Sequence record: DRR723986_23489
Direction: 5' to 3' (one strand)
Length of the DNA stretch: 60,471 nt
Shown: one piece after another, positions 9,975 to 19,483 of the stretch
Layout of the letters: the number at the start of each line of letters is the position of its first letter
How positions within the stretch are numbered: the stretch's first letter is position 1
The notes under the pieces: generated by a model
Databases searched by the model: none
What the model was told of the DNA's origin: nothing
What the model saw: only the letters and a program-made list of their open reading frames with translations
Translations under genes and position numbers: made by a program

Positions 9975-11219
9975 TTAAAAAACCACTTTCACTTCCTTTT
10001 TCTCCCCATCTCGCTCATAGCCTAGAAGTACTTCGTCTCCTTTTTGGAAAGCACTCAGAGCACGCATGTAACTCATCATATTCACAATTGTAGAGTCGCC
10101 CATTTGCAGGACAACATCGCCTTTCAAAAGACCTGCTGCCTGTGCTGGTTTATCCTCAGATACCCCGTCGATTCGCATTCCTTTTCCATCATAAAGGTAA
10201 TCTGGCACTACACCCAAGGAAACTGTAAATCTTGGAGAATCGCCATTGCTATCTTTTGTTTTGGTGAAGGCTAGCTTTGGTTCGGCATCCAGTTGATCTA
10301 CTAAACGATCAATGTATTTCACAACAAGTAATAAGCCATCATAATTGATCAATTCGGCATCATCCGAAGGCTTGTGATAGTCTTCATGCTGGCCGGTGAA
10401 AAAGTGAAGTACTGGCAAATCCTGTAAATAAAAGGAAGTGTGATCGGAAGGACCAACACCAGACTCTGAAGTGACCAATTTCAAGCTATCAGCATTCGCC
10501 AAATCCAAAGCTGAGACAAAGCTTGGGCTAGTTCCAACTCCATTAATTGCCAGCGTTTTTTCTGCATTCAATCGACCAACCATATCCATGTTGATCATGT
10601 AATTCACATTTTTGAGATCAATCGTAGGATTTTTCACGAAGTAATTTGAACCCCAAAGACCATTTTCCTCTCCTGAAAATGCTATGAACAGGAAGTTACT
10701 TTTATGTTCTTCATGCTTCAGAATTCTAGCCAGAGCTACCAAAGCGGCCGTACCACTGGCATTGTCATCGGCTCCATTGTGGATAGCCGAATCACCACGA
10801 TGAAGGGAACCTTGTCCGCCCATTCCCAAGTGATCAAAATGCGCTCCGATTACTATCGTATTTTCAGACTTGTTGTCAATAAAACCAATTACGTTTCTGC
10901 CGGTTACTCCTTCGCCATCTGTACCGATTACTGCTTCCTCATGAGGATTTGATGGCTTTGATACGGAAAATGCCTGGAAGTACTCCTCAGTTCCCTTTGG
11001 CTCAAGCCCGATTTCCTTGAATTCGGCAGCCAGATACTCGGCAGCTTTCTGCTCGCCTTCTGTACCAATGGCTCGACCTCCAAGATCATCTGCAGCTAGA
11101 TAGATCACATCTTCCTTTAATCCAGCTTTTAGGCTTTCATCCGTCGGAGCAGTATCACAACTCCAAGTAAATAATGTTACTGCAACTGCTGCAAGTGTAT
11201 GTTTAGGTAGAAATTTCAT
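9975..11219 (-). CDS. M28 (M20/M25/M40 clan) metallopeptidase lipoprotein with C-terminal PDZ; probable start 11219
   Basis: GAHFDH, GADDNASG, SGEE, NMDMVG, SDH and YHKPSDD motifs. PDZ segment LGVVPDY...GLLKGDV. Lipobox TWSC. Confidence 0.9.
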   Translation of the reverse strand: MKFLPKHTLAAVAVTLFTWSCDTAPTDESLKAGLKEDVIYLAADDLGGRAIGTEGEQKAAEYLAAEFKEIGLEPKGTEEYFQAFSVSKPSNPHEEAVIGTDGEGVTGRNVIGFIDNKSENTIVIGAHFDHLGMGGQGSLHRGDSAIHNGADDNASGTAALVALARILKHEEHKSNFLFIAFSGEENGLWGSNYFVKNPTIDLKNVNYMINMDMVGRLNAEKTLAINGVGTSPSFVSALDLANADSLKLVTSESGVGPSDHTSFYLQDLPVLHFFTGQHEDYHKPSDDAELINYDGLLLVVKYIDRLVDQLDAEPKLAFTKTKDSNGDSPRFTVSLGVVPDYLYDGKGMRIDGVSEDKPAQAAGLLKGDVVLQMGDSTIVNMMSYMRALSAFQKGDEVLLGYERDGEKKEVKVVF

Positions 11220-11238
11220 GCTTTTTATCATCTTTTGG

Positions 11239-11262
11239 CAAAGATAATAAATGGTAACTTTG
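11239..11262. promoter_or_regulatory. Back-to-back divergent -7 promoter elements
   Basis: TATCTTTG on the minus strand (11239-11246) and TAACTTTG on the plus strand (11255-11262). Confidence 0.6.
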
Positions 11263-11291
11263 TGCAGCAATACTAAAAAATCAATTCAAAA

Positions 11292-12401
11292 ATGAGACAA
11301 ATCCTTGTTGCCCTCCTGCTACTTTCTTTTGCCTGCAGCCCCAAAAATGATGTTCAAACAGAAATAGAAACTGAAGTTCATTCGGCATCCGATTCTTTAT
11401 TGTTGACACCAGAAGAAATGAAGTATTTGAAAAATATCAAACAATTGACTTTCGGGGGAAACAATGCAGAAGCATATTGGTCTTTTGATGATTCAATGTT
11501 GGTTTTTCAATCCGACTATAGTGAGTGGGGAGCTGAATGTGACCAAGTTTTCTATACAAATTGGAAAACCGATGATCTGCAGAATTCTCAGCCAAAACGA
11601 CTCAGTACTGGATTAGGAAGAACTACATGTTCCTATTTTCTTCCAGACAATAAAAGTATAGTTTATGCCTCTACGCACCTTGGTGGTGATAATTGTCCTC
11701 CAGTTCCTGAGCGCAGAACTGATGGAAAATATGTTTGGCCGATTTATGATTCCTTTGATATTTTCACTTCTGATCTGGAAGGAAATATTATTTCCCAGCT
11801 GACGAATGAACCTGGGTATGATGCCGAGGCGACGGTTTCTCCAAAAGGTGATAAAATTGTGTTCACTTCTTTGAGAACAGGAGATTTGGAGCTTTACACT
11901 ATGAATATCGATGGTACAGATGTGAAGCAAATCACTTCCGATTTAGGATATGATGGAGGAGCATTTTTCTCGCCTGACGGAAGCAAAATCATCTGGAGAG
12001 CATCCCGCCCAACTTCTGATGAAGATGTAAAGGAATACAAAGATTTACTCGAGGAAGGTTTGGTAATGCCTACCAGCATGGAATTATATGTAGCGAATGC
12101 CGATGGAACTGACGTGAAAAAAATCACAGATCTCGGCAAAGCCAACTGGGCACCTTTCTTCCATCCATCTGGCGAAAAAATCATTTTCGCTTCAAATCAC
12201 CAAACCGAAAGAGGTTATCCGTTTAATCTTTTCATGATTAATCTGGATGGAACAGGGCTGACTAGAATTACCCATGACGGTACTTTTGATGCATTTCCAG
12301 TATTCTCAAACGACGGCAAATATTTAGTATTTTCTAGTAACAGAAATAATGGAGGTACCAGAGACACCAACCTTTTTGTGGCTGAGTGGATCGGTGATTG
12401 A
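11292..12401 (+). CDS. TolB-like PD40 beta-propeller lipoprotein
   Basis: Lipobox LSFAC. Repeated SPKGDKIVFTS / SPDGSKIIW / HPSGEKIIF / SNDGKYLVF blades. Confidence 0.88.
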   Translation: MRQILVALLLLSFACSPKNDVQTEIETEVHSASDSLLLTPEEMKYLKNIKQLTFGGNNAEAYWSFDDSMLVFQSDYSEWGAECDQVFYTNWKTDDLQNSQPKRLSTGLGRTTCSYFLPDNKSIVYASTHLGGDNCPPVPERRTDGKYVWPIYDSFDIFTSDLEGNIISQLTNEPGYDAEATVSPKGDKIVFTSLRTGDLELYTMNIDGTDVKQITSDLGYDGGAFFSPDGSKIIWRASRPTSDEDVKEYKDLLEEGLVMPTSMELYVANADGTDVKKITDLGKANWAPFFHPSGEKIIFASNHQTERGYPFNLFMINLDGTGLTRITHDGTFDAFPVFSNDGKYLVFSSNRNNGGTRDTNLFVAEWIGD

Positions 12402-12425
12402 TATCTGCACCCAATCGATTATAGT

Positions 12426-12458
12426 AAGACCGTCAAATTTGGCGGTCTTTTTGTTTTT
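12426..12458 (+). terminator. Intrinsic terminator
   Basis: Hairpin aagaccgtcaaa/tttggcggtctt followed by a T-tract. Confidence 0.7.
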
Positions 12459-12487
12459 ATTACACTCTAACCAACTGAAAAATAGCT

Positions 12488-12952
12488 ATGAAAGCTTTAT
12501 CCACACTATTTTTCGCTGCTTTAGTAATGTCAGCGTGCAAAGGTCCTAAGGAAGATACCCCAGTTGAGGTAGCATTTTCCCCAGATGAAGAGCATGTTGA
12601 AGAAATCAACACAGAATGCTTTCGATACTATGGGGACAAAGATACTGTACTACTTACTACTCATGTAGACGGTACGAAAATCACGGGTACTTTAGACTAT
12701 TCGCTCTTTGAAAAAGATAAAAATACTGGGACTATCGAAGGAGAAATCCGTGACGATTTGATTATTGCTGAATATACTTTTATGTCAGAAGGAGTCACTT
12801 CAACCCGCCAAGTTGTCTTTAAGAATACTGAAGAAGGCTGGAAAGAAGGCTATGGAGAGATAAAAACTGTGGATGGAATCCCGGTTTATGTGAACATGGA
12901 TTCTTTAGATTACAGTCATCAAATAGCACTTACTCCTGTTCCTTGTGATTAG
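12488..12952 (+). CDS. Hypothetical lipoprotein
   Basis: Signal peptide with lipobox MSAC. Beta-rich 154 aa body. Confidence 0.75.
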   Translation: MKALSTLFFAALVMSACKGPKEDTPVEVAFSPDEEHVEEINTECFRYYGDKDTVLLTTHVDGTKITGTLDYSLFEKDKNTGTIEGEIRDDLIIAEYTFMSEGVTSTRQVVFKNTEEGWKEGYGEIKTVDGIPVYVNMDSLDYSHQIALTPVPCD

Positions 12953-13082
12953 TACTAGAGTAGCCATTTTTGGCTTTCTAATCTCAATTCCCTAATTTCT
13001 AAGCTGAATTCACCCAAAATGCCTTTTTCAGTGACTGGATTTTTCAGTCCAACTTAGTACCACCCTTTTTCAAATTGAGTTT

Positions 13083-14009
13083 ATGAAGTACTATTACAGA
13101 TTAATATTTCCATTTTTGGTTACCCTTACTTTGGCATTTTCAAAGTTTTATTTTGGTACGGAGTCCAAAAATTGGGAAGGTGCATTTGCCTACCTACCTC
13201 ATATCAATACACTTCTTATTATTTGTGGATTTACCTGGTGTTTATTAGTAGGAATGCAGATTGTCAAAAAATTGTTTTTGAAGCAATACGATATTTCTCA
13301 GGAGGATAATTTAAGAGCTAGAAAAGTATTGACTCAAATAAATATGCTGGTGAAAATAGCAAACTTCATCATCATTTTACTTGGAATAGGTTTGATTTTG
13401 GTCTCTTTCGATTCTGTCCGGAAAGTGGGTGTAGGGTTCTTTGCCTCTGCAGGAGTTGCAGGTATTATTATTGGTTTTTCAGCTCAGAAAGCTATCGGTA
13501 CCTTGATAGCAGGTATTCAGATTGCGTTTACTCAGCCTTTTCGACTAGAAGATGCTGTAGTGGTGGAAGGCGAGTGGGGTTGGATCGAAGAAATAAATTT
13601 GAATTACATCGTAGTTCGCATCTGGGATTTGAGAAGGCTGGTGCTTCCGACTACTTACTTCCTGGAAAATCCATTTCAAAACTGGACTCGAACTTCAGCC
13701 GATTTACTCGGTTCAGTGTTTCTTTACACCGATTACACCGTGCCGTTTGATGAGCTGAGAAAGGAACTAGATCGAATTTTGGAAACAACCCCGCTTTGGG
13801 ATAAAAAAGTGAAAGTACTCCAGGTGTCTGATGCTAAAGAATTTACAGTAGAAACCCGTATTTTGGTAAGTGCTAAAAATTCCCCAACGGCCTGGGATTT
13901 AAGAGTATTTGTTAGAGAGAAAATGATTGAATTTATCCAGAAAAACTATCCTGAAAGCCTTCCAAAAACCCGAGTAGAAATGACCCAAAAGCCTATAGCC
14001 AAATCGTGA
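13083..14009 (+). CDS. mscS: MscS-family mechanosensitive channel
   Basis: ASAGVAGIIIGFSAQ pore helix, QPFRLED, GWIEEI and FQNWTR. Confidence 0.9.
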   Translation: MKYYYRLIFPFLVTLTLAFSKFYFGTESKNWEGAFAYLPHINTLLIICGFTWCLLVGMQIVKKLFLKQYDISQEDNLRARKVLTQINMLVKIANFIIILLGIGLILVSFDSVRKVGVGFFASAGVAGIIIGFSAQKAIGTLIAGIQIAFTQPFRLEDAVVVEGEWGWIEEINLNYIVVRIWDLRRLVLPTTYFLENPFQNWTRTSADLLGSVFLYTDYTVPFDELRKELDRILETTPLWDKKVKVLQVSDAKEFTVETRILVSAKNSPTAWDLRVFVREKMIEFIQKNYPESLPKTRVEMTQKPIAKS

Positions 14010-14395
14010 TTATTGATATGTTGATGTATAGCCATTTGGCTACAGTCGTTCCTTGTATTTTTATAGGAGCCTATCTACTCCTCAGCAAAAAAGGGGGTAA
14101 AGTTCATCGAACTTTGGGGAAGATCTATATGATATTAATGCTGCTCACGGCGTTTATTGCTATATTTTTAGAAGCTCAAGTTGGGCCTAAATTAGTTAAT
14201 CACTTTGGCTACATTCACCTTTTCTGCTTGCTCGTATTTTGGACTGTTCCTACTGCTTATCTAGCTATCCGAAAGGGGAAAGTTAAAACTCACCAGCGCA
14301 AAATGATCTTACTTTATATAGGCGCCATCATTTTGGCTGGAGGATTTACTCTTGCGCCTGGAAGGTATTTACACGAAGTTTTTTTCGGGGGTTGA
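14006..14395 (+). CDS. DUF2306-like small membrane protein
   Basis: Four TM segments with KGGKVHRTLGKIY, IHL, HQRKM and FTLAPGR. 4-nt overlap with mscS. Confidence 0.75.
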   Translation: MIIDMLMYSHLATVVPCIFIGAYLLLSKKGGKVHRTLGKIYMILMLLTAFIAIFLEAQVGPKLVNHFGYIHLFCLLVFWTVPTAYLAIRKGKVKTHQRKMILLYIGAIILAGGFTLAPGRYLHEVFFGG

Positions 14396-14422
14396 AAGGT
14401 TAAATTTGCCTTCATTTCAAAA

Positions 14423-15952
14423 TTATAAAGCATCCAAACTCTTCAAGTATTCTTCAGCCTGCTTCAATAATTCCTCCTTATTTTTCAATTTATCCAACGT
14501 GCGATAAGCCATTCCAATTCTTGGGTTATTCTCCAATTTTTCCCTATTTCGTTCATAGAAATGCCAATAGAGACTATTGAAAGGGCAAGCTCCTTCTCCA
14601 ACTTTTTTGTTATGACTATAGGCGCAATGAGTGCAATAATTACCCATTTTATGGATGTAATTCGCCGTGGAAACGTAGGGTTTAGTGCCTACAATTCCTC
14701 CATCAGCAAATTGGCTCATTCCTCTTGTATTGGTGATTTCAACCCATTCGATTGCATCAATATACACTCCCAAATACCATTGATCTACCTCATCTGGATA
14801 AATTCCGGCTAGCAAAGCAAAATTGCCTATGACCATTAATCGCTGGATATGATGAGCGTATGCCAATTCTAAGGACTGTCCAATTGAATGGCTTAGGCAT
14901 TTCATTTTGGTTTCTCCTGTCCAAAACCATTCTGGTAATTTCCTCTGATTGTCGAAAAAATTCATGTTTGCGAAATCCGGCATTTTAGCCCAATAAATCC
15001 CACGCATATATTCTCTCCAGCCTAGAATCTGCCGAATGAATCCTTCTACCTGAGATATATGAATTTCATCTTGGTGTCCTTTCCAATATGTCTCTACCTC
15101 TTGCACAACTTCTAGAGGAGAAAGCATTTTGGTATTTAAAGCAAAACTTAGTCTGGAGTGAAATAGAAAAGGGTCCCAAGTAGTCAACGCATCTTGATAG
15201 TCTCCAAAATGCACTAGTAGATGCTTACAAAAATGACTTAAGACTTCCAGACTTTCTTCCCGCGAACAAGGCCAGGTAAAAGATTCCTCATCTAGTTGCC
15301 CAATAGTTTTGACCTTAGCTTTCTCAAGCATTTTCAGGATGTCAGCTACCTTTTTAGGATGAAGTTTTGGCTTGCGCAAAAGCCGTTTGTCCTTCAAGGC
15401 AAACCTATTCGAATGATCAAAATTCCATTTTCCCTGAAGAGGTTCTTTTCCATCCATGAGGACATTAAAGTCTTTTCGCATTTGTCGATAAAAGCTTTCC
15501 ATCAAGAAAGTCTTCTTGCCTTTGAAAAAGTCTTCGACAAATTCTCTTTCGGTCAAAAAATGCTCTGAATCAACACTTCGGCATGGAATGGATAGGTTCT
15601 TACTGATTAATTTCAATTGCTTATCCAATCTGTACTCGTCAGGTAGCTGGTATTCGAACTGATCAAAGCTGTCTTTCTTTACAAACGATTTAATCATTTT
15701 CTCCAAATCCTGAGAGTTGCCTTCTTGATCCAGCTGCACATAGTTGACCTTGTGTCCCTGAGTTTTAAGATGCTCCGCAAAGTTTCTCATGCTCAGAAAA
15801 AAAGCCACTACTTTTTGAATATGATGCGGCACATAGTCAGTCTCCTGTCTTAGTTCAAGCAAAAAATAAGTCACAGACGCATCTTTTTCTTCAAACCAGG
15901 AATGCTGGTAATTCAGCTGATCACCGAGTATTAAGCGTAATGTTTTGGGCAT
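14423..15952 (-). CDS. phrB: Cryptochrome/photolyase, FeS-BCP (PhrB/CryB-like) class
   Basis: LILGDQL N-terminus, HHIQK, GKWNFD, FIRQILGWREY and HHIQRLM motifs. Four Cys (MKCL, YCTHC, ACPF). Confidence 0.85.
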   Translation of the reverse strand: MPKTLRLILGDQLNYQHSWFEEKDASVTYFLLELRQETDYVPHHIQKVVAFFLSMRNFAEHLKTQGHKVNYVQLDQEGNSQDLEKMIKSFVKKDSFDQFEYQLPDEYRLDKQLKLISKNLSIPCRSVDSEHFLTEREFVEDFFKGKKTFLMESFYRQMRKDFNVLMDGKEPLQGKWNFDHSNRFALKDKRLLRKPKLHPKKVADILKMLEKAKVKTIGQLDEESFTWPCSREESLEVLSHFCKHLLVHFGDYQDALTTWDPFLFHSRLSFALNTKMLSPLEVVQEVETYWKGHQDEIHISQVEGFIRQILGWREYMRGIYWAKMPDFANMNFFDNQRKLPEWFWTGETKMKCLSHSIGQSLELAYAHHIQRLMVIGNFALLAGIYPDEVDQWYLGVYIDAIEWVEITNTRGMSQFADGGIVGTKPYVSTANYIHKMGNYCTHCAYSHNKKVGEGACPFNSLYWHFYERNREKLENNPRIGMAYRTLDKLKNKEELLKQAEEYLKSLDAL

Positions 15953-15984
15953 AAAAAAAGGGCTTTCAATTAAAAGCCCTTTTT
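15953..15984. terminator. Terminator hairpin after porP, abutting the photolyase ATG
   Basis: aaaaagggcttt-caatt-aaaagcccttttt. Confidence 0.7.
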
Positions 15985-16001
15985 CTACTACTTTGTTTTA
16001 C

Positions 16002-17027
16002 TCAATATTTGAAACAAGGCATAGAGGAAGTTCTTCCAGCTCCGCGCTTATTTGTAGCAAGGAAACTGTAACGTATGCTGATCTCATGAGCACCGCCAGT
16101 GTTTGCATTTCCAAGGGAAGAAAGTGTGAAATCATGGCTATAGCCTACATCAAGTCCTCCTCCCAGAGAAATTCCTACCAATCCAATGACTGCTTCATGG
16201 TTTGGTAAATTGTCTTGCTGTACAGGAATTCCTCTATACCATACACCTAAAACTAGTGGTTGAATGTTCACCTGAGCTCCCACATCCAGTTGGGAAAAGG
16301 ATCCTTGATTCTTATAATTAAAGGCAAATGTCAATTCTCTGGTTCCAAATCTTTGATTTAAATATTCGCTAGAACTACCTCCGGAAAGATCAAATTTCAC
16401 TCCACCATGTGCTGAGATCTTTAGTGGTAGTCTGCTGTTGGCGCCATCCATAAATGAAATATTAGGCTGAGTTAAGTGATGCCCTGCAAGACCTAACCAT
16501 AGGTTTTCGTTGTGAAAAACCATTCCAAAGCTGTAATCCATAAACTGGTGACTGATGCCATCACCTAGACTTTCTCCACTATTTCCACCAACAGCGCCTG
16601 TTTGATCGTCGATTTGGCTTCCGAAGACTAAATCTCCGAAGTAAGCATCTCTATCCATGTAGCTTACCTGTCCACCCATTCTTAAAAATGATCTAAATCC
16701 TAATCTCATTCTATAAGAATATGTAGCCCCAATTTCAGTCATGCTCAGATTAGCCATACTTTGCTCAGACCTGTTGACAATTAGTCCCACACCGCTATTT
16801 GCGCCGAAGATGTAATGATCAGCATAAGCTGAATAGGAGTTGAAGGATTGATCGAGTCCAGGCCATTGGTTTCTGTAATTGACACCGATTGTTGTCATTT
16901 CGGAAGCACCTGTCATAGCTGGATTTAAATACAATGGAGCAGCATAAAACTGTGAGTATTGAATATCCTGCGCATTCGCTGTCAAGCATACTATGCACAG
17001 GGTAAATAGCAGATAAACGTTTTTCAT
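16002..17027 (-). CDS. PorP/SprF-family T9SS outer-membrane beta-barrel
   Basis: AQDIQYSQFYAAPLYLNPA, NYRNQW, GYSHDFT and GGAHEISIRY motifs. Confidence 0.92.
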   Translation of the reverse strand: MKNVYLLFTLCIVCLTANAQDIQYSQFYAAPLYLNPAMTGASEMTTIGVNYRNQWPGLDQSFNSYSAYADHYIFGANSGVGLIVNRSEQSMANLSMTEIGATYSYRMRLGFRSFLRMGGQVSYMDRDAYFGDLVFGSQIDDQTGAVGGNSGESLGDGISHQFMDYSFGMVFHNENLWLGLAGHHLTQPNISFMDGANSRLPLKISAHGGVKFDLSGGSSSEYLNQRFGTRELTFAFNYKNQGSFSQLDVGAQVNIQPLVLGVWYRGIPVQQDNLPNHEAVIGLVGISLGGGLDVGYSHDFTLSSLGNANTGGAHEISIRYSFLATNKRGAGRTSSMPCFKY

Positions 17028-17030
17028 ATT

Positions 17031-19103
17031 CTATCTAATAAGGGTGACTCCTCCTGTCTTGGTGAATTGCTCACCATCTTTGGAGATGTAGGTGATTTGA
17101 TATAGGTAATTGCCAGGGGGTGATGCCTGACCTTGGTGTGTTCCATCCCAGCCTTTAGTTTCAAGGCTGGTGGTGGAATAGATTTTCTCCCCCCATGTGT
17201 TGAAAATAGTCATGGAGAATTCGGTTAAGGCTCTGAGTTTGGGGATAAACATATCGTTCAGGCCATCTCCGTTGGGGGTGAAAGCATTGGGTATGGTAAT
17301 AAATTCTAGAGGGGCATTTACTTGGATGATATTTTTCTCAGTACTGGAACAGCCATAGATATCGTAAGCAGTGAGAATAACTTCGAAATTTCCTGCAATC
17401 TCAAATTTGTGAATTGGGTCTTTTTCTTTAGAGGATTTTCCATCTCCAAAAGACCATTCCCAGCCTATAAATTCTTCGGAAATGATACTTTCGAAGATGA
17501 TTTCCTCGTCAACTTGAACTTCTGGTTCGCTGTTGATTTCTAACTTTCTATAGTCAAAATCAAGTCTTCCAGCCTTATTAATTTGAGAAGGGAAATCTAC
17601 TCTTACTTCCGTTTGAGCAGTACAGCCTAAAGCGTCTGTTATTTGGACTTTGAGACTACCTGAAGAGTTGAAATTGATTTCTCGAGCATTATTTTCTCCA
17701 TTGCTCCAAGAAATTTTGTATGGTTGTACTCCACCTTGTATTGATACCCACGCCACTCCGGTGATGGTACCAATGGTACAATCCACATCTAGGGCAGTTT
17801 CTATTCTTGCTTGTATTGGCTCAGCGTCCGCGATGGTAAATGATTTGCTCACGGTACAACCACTTTCATCTGATACTAAAAGTTGGTAAGTGCCAGCAGA
17901 CAAATTCTCTCTATTTAAGCCAGCAGATGGATCGTCTAGCCATTTAGTAGCGTAGTTTCCTGAATTGCCTTTCACTTTTAATCGGATGGTTCCGGAATTT
18001 GAACCAGCACAGGAAATATCAGTTTGCTCTATTAATTCCAATTCGAGTGCTGAAGCTGTGCCAAGTGTGAAATGTTTTTCTACAGTACAGCCTAGTGCAT
18101 CTGTAACCTTAAGAGAATAATTTCCGGCTGTTGCACCACTTAGCTTGGAAGAAGTCTGGCCGTTACTCCATATATAAGTATAGGGGGCAGATCCACCTTG
18201 AATAGTCACTTGGATTTCTCCATTCCCTGCACCAGCACAACTTTCTGGTAAAAGCTTTTCTTCTAGCTGAATTGAGGTTGCTTCTTTGATAGAATAGGAA
18301 GCTTGAAATGAGCAACCTGTCTGGTCTTTTATTAAGACACTGTAGGTACCTGCTGCAAGATTGCTTAGATTTTGGGAGGATGATCCGGTATTCCACTTAT
18401 AGGTATAAGGTGCCTGACCACCTTTGATGTCCAAATTTATTGACCCATTATTTTGGCCAGAGCAACTTAAGTTTTCAATGGCTTCAGATACTTGCATTCC
18501 TTCTGAGGCAGCTTTGATCTCGAATGAAGTGGTGACGTCACAATTGAATATGTCTGCAATGGTTACAGAGTAAAAACCAGGCGAGAGATTAGTTACCTCC
18601 CAGGTATCTTTCATGCCATTACTCCAGGTGATTTGGTAAGGTTCTCCTCTACCTACTTTTACACTTATTTTCACCGAACCGTCATTTCCCGAGCCGCATG
18701 AAGCATCTGTTTTCTCGAGCGGATTAAGAATTAGGGGGTAAGGCGGCTGAACTACGATCCTTTCTATATGTACAGTGCCGGCTGCATCTTTAATTTCTAC
18801 TGTATAAGTACCTGCGTATAAATTGGTTCTGTCTTTGGTAGTCTCCAGAGTGTTCCAACGATAAGTATAAGGAGCTAACCCTCCTTTAACATCTAGTATA
18901 ATGGTGCCTTTTTCGCTATGTGAGCAAAGTGCAAGCTTTCCTGAAACCTCTACAGAGATTCCGTTTGTAGCAAGTATTCTATTATTATCACTATCCAATG
19001 CTGCCTTTTCCGCACGCAGCTGGGCTGAAGCAGGGATACAGATCATCACACTCAATAGGAGTGGGAGTATCATCAGGCCATATGTTGAATATACCTTTTT
19101 CAA
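17031..19103 (-). CDS. T9SS type-B CTD (gliding-motility C-terminal domain) surface protein with about 6 SprB-like repeats and a PKD domain
   Basis: Repeats of GxIxlxvxGGxAPYTYxW, PKD WSFGDG, CTD IPNAFTPNGDGLND...WDGT...GGVTLIR. Confidence 0.9.
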   Translation of the reverse strand: MKKVYSTYGLMILPLLLSVMICIPASAQLRAEKAALDSDNNRILATNGISVEVSGKLALCSHSEKGTIILDVKGGLAPYTYRWNTLETTKDRTNLYAGTYTVEIKDAAGTVHIERIVVQPPYPLILNPLEKTDASCGSGNDGSVKISVKVGRGEPYQITWSNGMKDTWEVTNLSPGFYSVTIADIFNCDVTTSFEIKAASEGMQVSEAIENLSCSGQNNGSINLDIKGGQAPYTYKWNTGSSSQNLSNLAAGTYSVLIKDQTGCSFQASYSIKEATSIQLEEKLLPESCAGAGNGEIQVTIQGGSAPYTYIWSNGQTSSKLSGATAGNYSLKVTDALGCTVEKHFTLGTASALELELIEQTDISCAGSNSGTIRLKVKGNSGNYATKWLDDPSAGLNRENLSAGTYQLLVSDESGCTVSKSFTIADAEPIQARIETALDVDCTIGTITGVAWVSIQGGVQPYKISWSNGENNAREINFNSSGSLKVQITDALGCTAQTEVRVDFPSQINKAGRLDFDYRKLEINSEPEVQVDEEIIFESIISEEFIGWEWSFGDGKSSKEKDPIHKFEIAGNFEVILTAYDIYGCSSTEKNIIQVNAPLEFITIPNAFTPNGDGLNDMFIPKLRALTEFSMTIFNTWGEKIYSTTSLETKGWDGTHQGQASPPGNYLYQITYISKDGEQFTKTGGVTLIR

Positions 19104-19398
19104 GAGCTTTGTAGTTGAGGGAAGCTGGGTGACTTTTCAACTTTCTAAAATTGTCTTATAAATCAAGATTACTGCATTTCATTTTTAAGAATATTATTTT
19201 ATGTATATCATATACAACAAAATGATATTCTTTTAAATGGGGCGTATTCCGAAATAAGTATAGAATTATTCTTTTATGCAAGCGGTTGATGAAAAGTCGC
19301 TAAAACGAAATGCATCTAAAAAAAGTATTATTTTTCCTTATAAATTACCATAATCAAAAAAAGTAGGAAATGATGCTTTTTTGTTATTGTAAAAATGA

Positions 19399-19421
19399 AA
19401 AAGCCTCAAAAAGAGGCTTTT
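19399..19421. terminator. Terminator hairpin
   Basis: aaaagcctc-aaaaa-gaggctttt, downstream of the second porP gene. Confidence 0.6.
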
Positions 19422-19483
19422 AAAAAAAATTGTGAATATTTTAAATTTTTTTTCCTGAAAGGTATAATAAGTTGTTATCCAGC

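Noticed and set aside
11292-12401. Assigning the symbol tolB
   Set aside because: It lacks the TolB N-terminal domain and the tol-pal context, and it is a lipoprotein.
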